43,116 nt of DNA from Trichosphaerium sp. ATCC 40318 (lineage: Eukaryota > Protista > Tubulinea): NCBI GenBank assembly GCA_038496445.1, contig JALMLS010000209.1, forward strand, positions 1 through 43,116, given 5' to 3'. Shown piece by piece: positions 23,101-36,324 of this stretch. Position 1 is the first letter of the stretch. The number at the start of each line of letters is the position of its first letter. The position numbers and the translations under genes are program-made. The notes beneath the pieces are model-generated. The model was not told where the DNA came from. It was given only the letters and a program-made list of their open reading frames with translations, and did no database searches.

Positions 23101-24560
23101 TGTCGAACGATAACGTCATTTCACATTTCCAATCCGAATGCGCTGCACCTGTTGTGTTAGTACCAAAGAAAGATGGTTCTACAAGATTTTGTATGTAGAT
23201 TTTCATAGATTGAGCAAAATAACAAAAAGGGATAACTATCCCATTCCACGGTTAGATTACCCCTTGGATTGTATTGGAAATGCTAAGTTCTTTATCTCAG
23301 TCGACTACACATCCGGTTATTGGCAAATCCCTATGGTAGATGAAGATAAAGAGAAGACTGCCTTTACAACGAAGTAGGGTCTATTTGAATACAAAGGTAT
23401 GCCGTTTGGTCGTACTAACGCTCCTGCTACAAGTTCAGTAGCAATTCGGTACACCATCTTGGCCATATAAAATCGACAGGGCACATAGCGCCTGATCTAG
23501 CAAAGACTTTTCAGACTCATGTGCATGTCTACAAAAAACTGGTTACTACAGACGATTTATAAAGGGCACGCTAAGATACTATGGCAGCGCCTCTCACCAG
23601 TGCGCTTAAGAAAGACAAGTAATTGAACTGGTGCAACCCTCATGATGGTGCATTTGACTCACTTAAAACATTGGTTTCCCAATACTTGCACCTGACCACA
23701 GGTTTACTCTTTTCACAGATGCATCAGACGTTGGCATAGGTGTACTCACACAGATCAATAGATGGTGATGAAAAGGTCATTGCGTACCGCAGTGGAGTAT
23801 TCCAACCAGCAGAAAAGAATTACTCTGTCACAGAACGTGAATGTTTAGCCATTGCAGACAGGTTCAAAAAGTTTAGATGTCACTAATGGGTCCTTTACTG
23901 TTATCACAGACCACCACAATCTTAACTGTTTACTGAACATTAAAAACCCGACTGTACCGATTGGCTAGACGGATAATGAAACTTCAAGAACTGGATTTTG
24001 AAGACAATATCGACCAGAACGTGTCATAGTAAGCACTATCAAGACTACCAATCGTTCATATTTTAGATGTCTAAAATGGGTTCTTTTATCACATGTGTGG
24101 ACACAATCAACGCATAAATTACGTACAAACAAGTGGTAGTTCCCAAGAATCTACAACACTTAGTTTTACGCATGTGCTACTATGATAAACTTAGTGGACA
24201 CTTAGGCTTTGATGAGACGTTTTACAAACTCAGAATTAGATATTTTGGCAAGGGTATTACGCTGACACTAAAAATTGGATCAAGGAATGTCCTAAATGCC
24301 AAGCCAAGAAAACAAGACGAACACCTACGATTGGACGAAGGAGATCTATTGAGGTAAGTGCTCCATTGGCTGAACAGTTTCCAACCACGTGGCATGGTAA
24401 AATACATCATTGCACTTTCACGTTGCGTCGAAGCGTTTCCCTTAGATAGTACTGAAGTAATTGCTAAACTCTCTATTAATATTAAAGAAATAGTTGCAAG
24501 ACTCAGACCAAAGAAGTTACTATCGTTAACACTGGGTAGCAGTCATCATCCTCAGTGATG
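20130..24560 (+). mobile_element. Old degenerate Ty3/Gypsy element (gag, PR, RT, RH and IN remnants), interrupted by a TIR element
   Basis: N/R-rich gag tract ending FSCYN at 20369 and resuming ...HSTAPC after 22340 (split knuckle). Also VDTAS protease-like motif, RT APVVLVPKKDGSTRF / SGYWQIP / MPFG.TNAPAT, RH TDASDVGIG, IN SGHLG and SSHHPQ. No LTRs were found. Confidence 0.85.
20370..22306. mobile_element. 1.94-kb DNA transposon with ~23-bp TIRs and AAT TSD (PIF/Harbinger-ISL2EU-superfamily-like)
   Basis: TIRs GGAATTGACTCAGATTATCGATA and TATCGATAATCTGAGTCAGTTCC, flanked by AAT on both sides. Two divergent decayed coding regions: minus strand LRYTLQSPTDSAGIFKVNRNTL and YKSHSL, plus strand K-rich. 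The superfamily assignment is tentative. Confidence 0.75.
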
Positions 24561-27500
24561 TAATTTGTTACCTTATGGGAGCGTTGATAGAAACGCTTCA
24601 CATTGAAATGACAAAAGTATGGTTTTGAGTGTCGCTAGCGCTATGTAACACTGCGAAAGATAATCACAGCGAAAGGCTTGAGGTTTGTTAGCGTCGTAAA
24701 GGCTTGCTGTCGCTGCGCCTAATTTTTTTCTTTTCGAACCTCTGCGCGTCTAAGTGTAACTACATAGTGAAGGTAGCTAAGACTTCAGTAGTATAGTGTT
24801 AATTGTGAAGCTAGCAAGTGATTTGACGAGATGTCGCTCAGAAATCATCAGAAAAGCTTACAGTGATAGAGCGAAACAAGTGCGAACCGGTTTTTCAAAA
24901 TACAGTTGTGAAAACAAAGAAAAACCCTTGGTTGGCAAAACCTATTTTCTTTGTAGTTTGTAGTAATGCAGAACGCCTTGTTTTAGCGGACTATTTTTTA
25001 CCCGTTCCAAGCAACACACTGTATTATTATAATGACGTTATCATAACGAGAACTGGTAACACAACGAATGTGTTGAGCAGTTTTTACACCAGGCAACGTG
25101 GTAATCGTTGGTTTTTTTTTTGATCACATGTTGAGATTTTTTTTGTTCTGTGTTGTTGTCACTATGTAGAAGTTAACAGAGTGCCAACAAGGTGTTGTAT
25201 TGAAATAATTTGAGTATCGGTTGTTATTGATCATAAAGAATGCTTTTTTCCCTCGTCTCATACACCGCTTCGTTCCAATTTTTTGGCTATGTAATAGATC
25301 AAGCTAACATTCAGTCTTTTCATTGCCCTACCGCGGCGGATACGCGATATATATATTGCGTTACTAGTATTGAGCACTAACATAACAACTATCATCAGTA
25401 TTTTGAACAACTTTTTTTTTTTGACATGACGTGTGCCTATGATCTTTGTAGCAACCATGAACGCTTCCACCCATTCGTTGTCTAAACCTTAATGATGTAG
25501 TATCCGCTGGTCGGTGATGACATGTTCATAGCAATCCGTGTCATTCAGGTTTGAATAGTTGGATCTAGTTTATATGCTCTCCTCCGTGTACAGCTTTACT
25601 TTGGTTATTTGCTTCATTCGCCTAGATAGTTAACCAAAGCGAAAGTCTTGACTAACCCACAGCGCTACGTGCCTTACACTAATGGTAAAAAGAACTATTT
25701 TTTCTGTTTTCTTCCCAGTGTTGCTTGGGCACGTACAATATGAGGCGCCTTGTAATATGCTGATATTATGTTTATAAGTCAAAAATTTGTTCATGCTGCT
25801 TTTTTTTTGACGTCTACAAAAACGTTTTCTCGTTCAATGAAAACCAAGTGGAGAAAATATTTTTATTGCAGTTTTATACGCACATATACATGTCGCATTA
25901 GTGTGCAAAGAATCAGGTCAAAAATCGATTTTTCAAGCCAGATATTATGACTTTTTTATGGTTTTTTTGAGCCAAAAACGAGGAATGTTTACAAATCTTT
26001 TTCTCATTGAAAATACAAAACAGCGTGTATTGATATGTAGATCTGTTGTGGAAAAAATCAGAACTGAACTTGAATGTGTTTGCCATAAATGGTACCTTTC
26101 TTATTTTTTTCTGTATTTTCACTGTGAAAATTGTTGTGTCACTGGCAGGATGTTATGGATTTATTTGAGCACACTGACCATTCAAAGATACCGACGGTAG
26201 TAATAGTATTTACATGCTGATATCTCAACCTTTTAGTCGTTATGGTGACCGTTGCAGGTCCATCGCTGCAGTAATTTATGCAGTTACAATATGTTCCTTT
26301 GAAATTTGTTCATGTTTGCATAGCTCTTCTCTAGTTTTATCAACCTTATTATTTGCTCCTTGTAACTCTAGTTCAATTCCATGTTACACTAGCGCTCTTG
26401 TATAGTCGCCAGGGATATTTATTGTCCATGAAATCAGCTTACAGTAATGTAAGGTTGGTTTTTGGAATTGTCAGTTTGTTGGATGCTGGTTACCTTTTGG
26501 TCAGGGAAACACTTCACAGTACACTACAAAAAGTACACAGTGTGCTCTCATACCTACTTCTTACACTTAGAGAAGTATAAACCATGATATTTAGGAAAGA
26601 ATGAAAAAACACTCATCTTGAGACTTGTCACTCCTGACAAACCTATAGGTTTGGTTACTATGTGAGTGGTTCCCAATCTCAAGTATAGCCAGCTGATAGA
26701 CATTTAGCACAAGTTTACAATAGTATAAAAATATGCAGTAAACCTATGGATGTATATCCTTTAAGTACGCAAACAAGTCTTTTACCTTGAACTAGCTACT
26801 AATTATGAAAGGCACACCCACGACAAGTTAAGAGGACAGCCAATAAAACCAGGCTACCAAAGTCTTCTGAAACAAACCTTTATTCCTTTCATAGACACGT
26901 GAAATTTTCAGGCGTCAAGTTGCACTTGATGTTACGTCAAAATTGCATAAATTTGACACATGTCAAAATGTGTCAACATTTTTGTCGATGCCATTTTGCG
27001 GGTACATTAGGATGTGAATGCCTGGTGTTACGCGTTTTTTTCAATCCAATTGGAGAGCTGCAGTACCGAAAGCACTAATTAGGAATAAAAACAACGACTA
27101 AAGTATGATTTCAAAGAACAATGAGCGCTAGAATGTGACAAATGTTAGATTTGATTTCTCTCGCCACCATTTCTAACCACAATACCAAGTTCATGTGTAA
27201 TCGACTACAATTCAGAGGAATAACCATAGTAGTGTTAAAAGTCCACCGACTTTCTAAAAACCAATACCATAGACAAGAACAGACGCACACAATAACTGTT
27301 GATCGTTGGGCAAAATAAGTCTATCTAGTCGTTGTCTACCAACAGCGAACTTTAAACGCTATAACGACGATCTAACTAACGCAATAGGTACATAACCAGC
27401 AAAGTGCAATGCAACCAAAATTAATTTACTTGTAAACGCACGGAACGTGTTTTCTCTGCTAGAGTGCTTGTGCTTAGCAACTTTATCGTCTTGGCGCGTA

Positions 27501-28979
27501 GTGGAGAGTTACGGTTTGGCTGGTGTTACTATGACATATCACACGGCGTAGAAAGATGAACGTGCACAGTACTGAAGCAAAGAAAGCAGCTAGTACTATG
27601 AAAAGCTATACAAGATTTTTCTCAAAAAACTACCGTTAAAGAAAAAGCAAGACTTTGCTTCTTGTGGAGGAAAGAACTATGCTGCAACAACATAGGAGTA
27701 TTGGCTTGAACTCTGTTTAGCCTTTATTGTAGAGGTATCCCATTCGTAGGTGATAAGGGTTTACTGTTACCTCGTGCAGCTCCGTTGTGGTTTATTCTTT
27801 TCGCCATCATACTGACAAAGCACCAGCGAGCGATCCTTTGAAAAAGGCTCTCCCTCAAACCATCTTATAATTTTGTGAGCTGTTTTATTGTGACGTTGCA
27901 AACATGCGCGCATACAAGTGTTGAGGTTGCAATTGTGCTATTGCAAACCATAAAATGGCCGTTTGCCATAAAACTAATCGCCCTCACGCAAACTGTGTTT
28001 ACGCAATCAAAAAACGCTGTGATGTTCTGTACGAAAGCTTCAATTAGAGCTCTATCATTGTTAGTTTCAACACAAATAGGCGCTCTCCTTGCATAAGCCG
28101 GCAACGGATGTAAAATCTATCGCTCGTGCGTAATGCAAGTAGAAAATGAGAGCCGGCTGGCAATTGTCGTGCGAAAGCTCCAACTACGTCTATTGTTCGT
28201 TTCAGTGTAACAATCCTGGTTTCGAACTGATATGTGACAAAAATACGATGAAGGTACTATCCTAGCGTGTTGGTGTTCTCGTTTTGACCTTCCTTGTTCA
28301 AAAGATGTTACTACCTTGCTTTTGGTTCTCTTTGCGGTGGTTGGTGCAAAGAAGGTTTAAAATACATCCGGACCTGATGACGTAATTATGGATGTTTTCA
28401 TCATACAACAAAGCCCTGTAGATTGCGTAATGCAGTTTTTACGAAATTTATTATTTTTGACACGTGAACAAATGCAACACAAAAATGACTTGACTAGCCC
28501 TGGTTATCGTAAAACTTCGTATTGGGAGTACTCACAGAGGTTAGCAAATCGAACATTTCCTTTGTTGAGAGTAGTAGATATAGCGTGTGCGGAATAATAA
28601 CATCAGTAGCATAAGCGCTAAAAGCTTGGCGTGTCAAACAAATTTCAAACTACTTCTAATATGTGCTTATTGTTTTTGCAATTTTCTAACAGCACACTTT
28701 GCGTTAGCAAGCCTTTTACTTTCTACATCTGTTGCTGCTCCAAAATAATGAACGTGCTATAGTCTCAAACACAGTCTGTTTGGAGAGCATTTCAGTACTT
28801 CTTCTGGTTCATATCTTTAAGTATTTTATCTCATTACAGATATTTCAAAAAAAAATTACAAGTAGTAACATTTATTTCTCAGCGATTGAGCTTACATCAA
28901 CTTCAAATGATCTACAACAGATCCACCGCAAACACTTCTGTAGCTAATAGATAAAGAGGAAAAGCTCAACGCCTTTTTT

Positions 28980-30023
28980 TTTCAAGAATGTAGTCGCATT
29001 GTATGGTGCATATTAATGTCAATTTCAGTAGCCCAGGTGCCGGCACTCATCGCTTGTAATCCGGCCGGCGTGGTGTTTGACAACTCAAATAATAAGCTTA
29101 TCAATAGCTGCAAAGTTGTGATGATAGAAGTTGTGAAGAACTGGTTTGTCATTCCGTGGAGAGCCCAATTTTTACAAGCTGAGCTTTAGTATTTTCGTGA
29201 CAATTTACAGATTTTTTCATAGTCGGAAGTTTGTATTGGTTCACCAGTTTTCCAGCCATATCCAAGTAACCTCCACTCCATAGTCTTACCGTTTTCATTT
29301 CTTACGCATGAATGATACAACTTGACCATGGGTTTGTTGCTATTCTCCACTTATTTTAAAGTAGATTATTTCCAAGTTTTCAAATAGTTTCTTCTTGTGG
29401 GTGCTTGGAAGAGCAGTAGTAACGTCTCCAGTTTTACTTTGTTGAGAACGCCCAGTTGTCCAATCTACAAACTGATCCACCATGAATCTCGAATCCAGTA
29501 CCACATGAGGCGCAAACTTATAACATTGTTCAAATTTTATAATCAATTTTGTTGCAGCATCTACAGGAGAAACTGGTGTGCCGCGACCCCAGTGAGCAAT
29601 GATACCGAGTATGTAAGGCTTTTTACCATGCTTGTCAGAATACAGCATGTACATAGATCATCAAACCCTTTAGATGTGGTTTTCCTTTGAAACACTAAAT
29701 AACATCATCATAATTTCTTTCGCCACTTCTTTGCTCCCAAAGCCACATTGTTCCTATAAACTTCATAACTTCCTTAGGCTTGATTGCAGTGTTCCGCTAT
29801 GTGTTTTTTTCGACCTTGCGCCTTGAACCCTGCCATAAATGTTTGTTGGTTTTTTTTTGTTTGTTCGATCACGTGATTCCAATTTTTTTTGAATCAAACG
29901 CGAATAGATATGTTTCGTGTAAGAATACACATCATCCGTCCTTTTGAATAACGTAAAGAAACTCATGTGTTTTTCAATAAAGCTTAAGCTTGCATACGTC
30001 GCAGTTTCAAATGCATCCGTCAT
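28980..30023 (-). pseudogene. piggyBac-like (DDE_Tnp_1_7) transposase remnant (copy B)
   Basis: Minus-strand motifs in the expected order: FKGKPHLKGLMIY, PHVVLDSRF and KPVLHNFYHHNFAAIDKL, corresponding to KP..G, DN.F and YN..MGGVD..D. Frameshifted. Confidence 0.7.
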
Positions 30024-30547
30024 TATCTTGCTATCCCTACACCTTTTCTAGTTGGCAATAGGGTTGGCAGTAAAACAACTTTAAGTACCACATGGCAAAG
30101 AAAAACAATTATTTCTAGTGCTGTTAATCACTCGGTCTTAAAGTTGTGTCGACAAACACTGTCGTTCCTGAAAAAGAACGTGGAAGCTATTTCCAAGCGC
30201 GGGCATCATTATAATAAGATGTGAGCTCAAATTACCTTTATCATATGTAACACAAGACGTACTATGGGTTATTGATAAAGTAGCTTCTTAATCAATGATG
30301 AGTCCATCAAGCAAGAATACTGAACGCTTCAAGAAAGCACAGAGAATTTGAAACAGGGAACAACCTTCTGTTTCCATTATGACTGAGTACTGGTGGTCAG
30401 TGACAACTGGTATACTTTCAAATTTGATTAAGTATTAACTGTTAGGGTACGGACCAAAGCCATTGACTGAAGCGAGTGTTACAAGAAAGGAATCCTATTT
30501 CAGCAGTACATTTGCAATTCTTATCTTATTGCTACTGCTGGATTACG

Positions 30548-30808
30548 CGGACCCACGTTTTTTCCGAATTTTTCGAAAGAAAAAATTCGAAAAAATAGAA
30601 TTCGTAGAAAGATGCATAGCTAGGGCAGTCCACTAAACTAGAAAGCGCCTGGTTCACTTACGGTCGGGTCTTCCCTGTGCTCGGAACTAGAAACCGACCT
30701 TTGCTCACATATAGTGATCCATTGGTGGGTATAGGCATTCGGTTTTTGTATCGAATTCTATTTTTTCGAATTTTTTCTTTCGAAAAATTCGGAAAAAACG
30801 TGGGTCCG
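30548..30808. mobile_element. 261-bp MITE-like element with perfect 57-bp terminal inverted repeats
   Basis: 30548-30604 is the exact reverse complement of 30752-30808. The element is absent from the paralogous site at ~17818-17850, and no TSD is visible. Confidence 0.85.
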
Positions 30809-31595
30809 GTTTAGAGTCGGCTTTTACATTGGTTTGTTAAAACGAGTAGTAGGCTGTACCAACCAACCTATGTAAAAGTTGTTGCAAAAGTTCTGATTCA
30901 TTCGTTACATGTGCTCTTATGACAGCTTTGGATAACTTTAGAAGATAGCTCAATATCATATTGCAACGAACGTATTGTATTACGACAAAAATCACTTCGT
31001 TTGCTCTTTAAACCTGCAATGTAACCAGTAGGCTCTTTGCACTAATTATAATTAGCGTGTAGATAGCGTTTAATGGCGTAATTAGTTGCCGTTTCATACT
31101 TTATGTTTGTTAATCTTTCGCTCCGGTACGCTATATTTTAATTGCTACGATACGTGATAAAAGCGTCGGATAGAAAAAAAACCTTGTAAACAAATATAGT
31201 GAGCAAAAATCTATCTTGCCCACGTGATTTTCAAAAAAAAAGTAAATGATATCCTGTAGCGTGGCGAGATAGAGAAACTTGCTCAACGAATTCGCTGCGC
31301 GTTACCGGTTCTCGTTATGATAATGACATTATCGTAACGCGAGTGCGTTGCGTGTGGAATCTGATGGCAAACCAGTGATTTAACCCTCTTTATACTATAC
31401 GTGTAGACCATGTAGCCAATTTTTTGGCAGTAGTTGTAGTTTAAAAGGAACGGCAAAAAAAAACGTCAAAAACTACAAATGGCGCATAATTTTAAGCAAA
31501 CGAACCGTATTTTTGGGTTTGTATTGCGCCATAATGTACTATCTCCGTATCTTCTCATCGTACGTGTGAAAAGGCTTTGTATATGAACGAGGAGA

Positions 31596-31830
31596 TATGT
31601 TGAACGCAAACAATGTACACCGAGCCATAACACAAGTAATTCTATGAACCGTCGGCGAAACTTAAATCCATTTTACCGTACAATCAACACTGGTTACAAC
31701 GCTTCATGACGGAGCCACATATCGAAGAATCATCAGAATTAAAAGGTAATAGAAGCGAATCTTCGATCTGCCTCTGTGTTTATTAAAATTCTTCAATAGC
31801 CGAATTGGCGCAGCTTCAATGCAAATACCC
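31596..31830 (+). repeat. Upstream region and first exons shared with 41682-41900 (conserved promoter/5' region of the ankyrin gene family)
   Basis: Diverged direct repeat atgttgaacgcaaacaatgtacaccgagcc...acaacgcttcATG lies in front of both plus-strand ankyrin genes. Confidence 0.8.
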
Positions 31831-34665
31831 CAATATTACAACATGTACCTTCCTTGGTTTAAACACGTTCTCTTTTTCTAAAAACACTGCTCCTTTAGGT
31901 GATGTGCTGAAACAAAAACTACATACTCTTGAGACAGCAAAAGACATTCTATTCTACTCAGGTTTGTATTTACCAACAGTGTAAGTATCAACCCAATTTG
32001 TAGCTCGCAACAATCTCCATGTTGTCGTAATGTTATGCATCCAACCAAGATTGAACATTGAAGCCAAAGAAAACAATGGACGTACTGCTTTAATTGTTGC
32101 AGGTATGATAATGCTTAACCATAACAACATCTGTTACTCACATACACTTTAATTGTTAGCCATTAAAGGACATGATAATGTGATAAAAGTATTACTTGAA
32201 TCAGGAGCCAACATTGAAGCCAAAGAAAACAATGGATGTACTGCTTTAATTGATGCAGGTATATATACTTGATTTGAAGTCACTTAATTCATATTAGCAT
32301 TATTTGGACACAACCCAGTTTTGCAGACTTTATTGAAACAAACTACAGACATATCATTAATAACTATAAAATGGAAACAAGCTTTAATTAAGATACTAAA
32401 ACAGGTGGTTGATGATGATCCTGCATTCATTAATGTGTTTGAAACTCTTTTGACACTGTTTCCAAATGACCAATGCAGTCGTGGACTATGGTTATCATGT
32501 GCACACATGAAAGAGATACCACAGTGGCGACTCAATCTTGCAAAATGGTTGCAATACTTGGTATGGCCTTTTTACCAACAATTAGGCACTAATCACACAA
32601 AGCCAACACGTCCATATTTTAAAGTTGCAATGCAAAAAGGCATTTGCCATTTGATTTGTACATACAGTCCCATGTTTGTACAGTCTTCGGTACAAACACA
32701 CAAAATACAAACGTACATTAACTTATTTTGTTTAATTTAGAGCTTTTGGTTACAGCAAGGAGAGCTGATGGAAGGAATTCTGTCCGACTTATCAGATAAA
32801 ATGTGGAGTAGTACTACACAGCCTGGGTCTGTCATTGAACTGTGTGTAAAAGAAGGATGGTGTACAAATTCTCTTCAAAAAGTACCCAAGCAAGATAGTA
32901 TGTGTTTAGTTGGTATTTCTTTTATTAACATTATACAGCGTTTGCTTGCTATGATTGTTCTCAATATGGATTGTATTTGTGCAGTTATTGTGCTACTCAA
33001 CATAATCAAACCCACGTATTTGTTTTGTATTTATTTTTGCTAACAGTTTGAGTAGAAGCTCTCAAAGCAAATTGGTAGTTTCAAAAAATGTGAATGCAAT
33101 GCTTGCAATCACATACTCACTAATACCTTCTCACCAAATCATGGAGGTAAACATTCCACAACAGGTAAAAAAACACTGTTATTTCAATAGCTGACAATAA
33201 CACTTTTAGGATTAAAAAGTGAGACATCATGGGACTTAAATCCAAGATTACATTATGCCCACACCTGGGATAGATCCAACAACAAGTGAGTAGTTACACT
33301 CGTATTAACTCATGTTTAATTGTTTTTGTCAAACAAAAAAGGGGTACAATTAAAAAAGCAACGCACTATAGAACACTGAATCTTCTTGATTCAAATAAAA
33401 ATGATATTGTAGCCAAGAGAGAACTAGAGTTTCTTCGCGAACAAATGTCAACGATGCACGGCTATGATAAATATGATATTGTAGAAGCTCATCTTGTTTG
33501 CAATGATGTGTTGACTCAAAACTTTGGCACATACAATACCATGCTGAAGCAAAGACACCAGTATGTATACTTATTTAATTGCATTCATAACTGAGCTGTT
33601 TTAATTAGAGACCTACCAGACACATGGAACAAAAAAGATCACAAGCACAATAACCAACAAAAGTTGCCAAACATGCTGTAAATCTCATACAGAACTTGTG
33701 CTTGTATCCATGACGTTTCTGATCAGGTACATTTGCCTACATGTGCATTGTTGACCAAATAATCAGCTACCAGTTGTATTAATGGTTCACGGAACAACTC
33801 GTGAAGCCGCTTGGAGTATTGTAAAAGCTGGATTTGGAGTGATAAGTTCGTTGGATGCTGGATACTATGGACAAGGAATCTACTTTACAGTATGTGCTTT
33901 TTAAAAAGTCACCATCTTACTTGCTTTTTTGAAATAGCACAGCATTAGGTATGCCTGTTCATACGATACATCTGGTACAAATAAAAAGACACTTGTGCTT
34001 AGTTTGGTTACACCTGGAAATGTATATCCTGTACACAACTGCAACCAATCGCACTATTAATTTGTTTATTTACAAAGCATTGATAGGTTACAGAAAACCC
34101 TCAAGATGACTCCAATCTTGTTGGTAAGCCAATTAAAGCTGGATATCAAAGCCACTATGTATTGGTAAACAAGAACGGACAGGTGTTAAACCAAAATAAA
34201 ATAGACACAGCAGTATATGATGAACTGGTTGTAGCTCAAGGTAGTGATTACAATTGATGTACTTGTTGACTAAGTTGTGATTTTAGATGTACAGACTGTT
34301 GCTCGTTACATCATCACAGTTGTGCGAAAACCAAACCAAGAGAAGAAAAGAGCGAAGAAACCGTCTGAGAAAACCAACAAGCAATCATCTGCAACATCAG
34401 AGGGTATTGGTGAATTTGGTTCTGATGACTTGTCTGATTCTGATGATTGTGACAACTTTACCTCTAAGCGGTACAAAATAAGTGTGCATCAATCACTTTC
34501 TTACTTACTTTTGTGCAAAGACAATTATGGGCCTCTAGCTATTTGAATGAGCGCCAAATACAACCAACTGCATATGACAAGCTATTGGAAGAAAACAAAA
34601 GATTACAACAAGTTTACACAAAACTTTTTGAAATTAACACTAGACTAAACCAGCAATTAAAGTAA
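31706..34665 (+). pseudogene. Multi-exon ankyrin - UBR-type zinc finger - PARP/ART - coiled-coil gene, copy A (one exon frameshifted)
   Basis: Spliced by eye from ATG 31706 (MTEPHIEESSELK...): ANK exons, CTNSLQKVPKQDTFACYDC...LCSYCATQHNQTH...CECNAC, HGT (33788), GQGIYFT (33881), YDELVV (34222), stop at 34663-34665. Deletions of 4 and 2 nt relative to copy B in exon 33609-33726 expose TAA at 33679. Confidence 0.8.
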
Positions 34666-36035
34666 CTAAAATTGTCAACACTTGCGCAACACAAACCTCA
34701 GACTGGCTTGTATTTATTACTGTTACAACTGAGAGTCTATATTAACATAAACACTTTTTATCTTGCTTTTTGTTTGCACACATCTAGTGTAGAAACTACA
34801 TTACTATACAATGGTTTTTTTACCAAAATCCTTGTGTTGCCAACCAACATCTTGTTTGATAATTTTGGTTTTCATGTTTGGCAATTGCATCAATACCAAT
34901 GCAGATACTGTAATGTAAAGTAAGATAGTCAAGAGTATCTGTAATAGGTATATTCTTGTATTAATCGTCATGAGTACTTTAAGTGTGATTTGTGCAACTT
35001 TCAGCATTGAATACAAAGTTTGTATTCTTCAACAGTAGCCAATTAAAAGCTCAGTTGTGATCTATATGATTCCAATGTATGTTTACAGAATGTGGTATTG
35101 AATTATCCAGGATATTGATTTCAAGAAAATCACAGATATCAATGGTGAAAATGATCTTGAAGAGGAGGTCGACAAGCGATATCTTGACATCCATCAAAGC
35201 CCTTCAGATCACACTTTGTCTCCAACTTATTCTTTGTGCAAGAGAACACGTGATGACGATTCACGTATTCCTGTAGTTTTTCTCAGTGATTTGAAAGTTA
35301 CAAATTCATTAGTTCTCTCAGCCACTGAGTGTTATGCTATTTCTTCAAAAGTTTAATTCGCCTAGCCTTCAAAGTTTGCAATGTTAAACGTGTGAGCTCT
35401 GTTGAGATTCACATCTGGCCAGTTGGGCTTAGAGCATCTTGACAACTATATTGATAGTTGGAGCAACTTGGATGACTACATTGAACACAAGATCAAGGTG
35501 GGTCATAATGCTGTCTCAAAGAGACACTGATATCTGTACTCTTCCAACTAAAGACAACGCTCTAGGATTTTTAGTAAAACCCAATTGTAAAGCAAGGCAT
35601 ATCATTGACTTAAGCATGCTGAAAGGCGATGCAGTCAACTACTTTGTGGAACCCTTGTTCATGATGGTTGCTTTGAAGGCTGCTATCAGGTTTATGTTTG
35701 AGTTGGTTCAGGATATGCTATGGCAATGGCGGATATAAACAAAGTGTATTGTTGTATTCTGACATCTTACAGCAAAAACTTCTAACTATTTATTCTACTG
35801 TTGGCTAAGTAACTTTCCAATCTCAAAAATTAAACAACTTTTACCAACCCCCTCTTAGCAAATTTCCAAATTCAATAGGCATTGGCAATTGGTTTCATTT
35901 ATTCTTTGATAGATTGTATTCTTAGTCATGGCATAGGAAACATTGTTGGAGTTTATTACTTTGGTATCAATCTCAGCTAGAACATGTTTACGTTATTATT
36001 TGAACTGCTTCTTTTTGCATTTATTAATTTGATGT
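32054..36035 (+). repeat. Left arm of large inverted repeat (palindrome)
   Basis: Reverse complement of ~36325-40323, with mirrored ORFs such as 35439/36622, 34672/37437 and 33286/38773. Confidence 0.95.
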
Positions 36036-36300
36036 TCAAAGCTGTGTTATCTTCCTCTAATTTTAGAATGGCTTGTGTAAGTTCTTCATTTGCTTTCAGC
36101 AGTTGTTGTTCTAAATTGCCATTCAAATAGCTAGAGGCCCATAATTGTCTTTGCACAAAAGTAAGTAAGGAAAGTGATTGATGCACACTTATTTTGTACC
36201 GCTTAGAGTTGGTTTTCTCAGACGGTTTCTTCGCTCTTTTCTTCTCTTGGTTTGGTTTTTGCACAACTGTGATGATGTAACGAGCAACAGTCTGTACATC
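35977..36300 (-). pseudogene. Orphan last two exons of an ANK-PARP paralog with a different C-terminal coiled coil
   Basis: DVQTVARYIITVVQKPNQEKK...TNSKR | intron | YLNGNLEQQLLKANEELTQAILKLEED...NVNMF*. It lacks the acidic segment found in copies A and B. Confidence 0.75.
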
Positions 36301-36324
36301 TAAATCACAACTTAGTCAACAAGT

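Larger units (their letters stand above)
23781..31270 (+). repeat. Segmental duplication copy B
   Basis: Collinear with 2627-19180. It lacks the young Gypsy, the endonuclease gene and the 617-bp insert. Confidence 0.9.

Noticed and set aside
19900-24760. LTRs of the old Gypsy (TGTAAC starts near 19912 and 24645)
   Set aside because: The sequences after the two TGTAAC sites do not match, and no PBS or PPT is recognisable.
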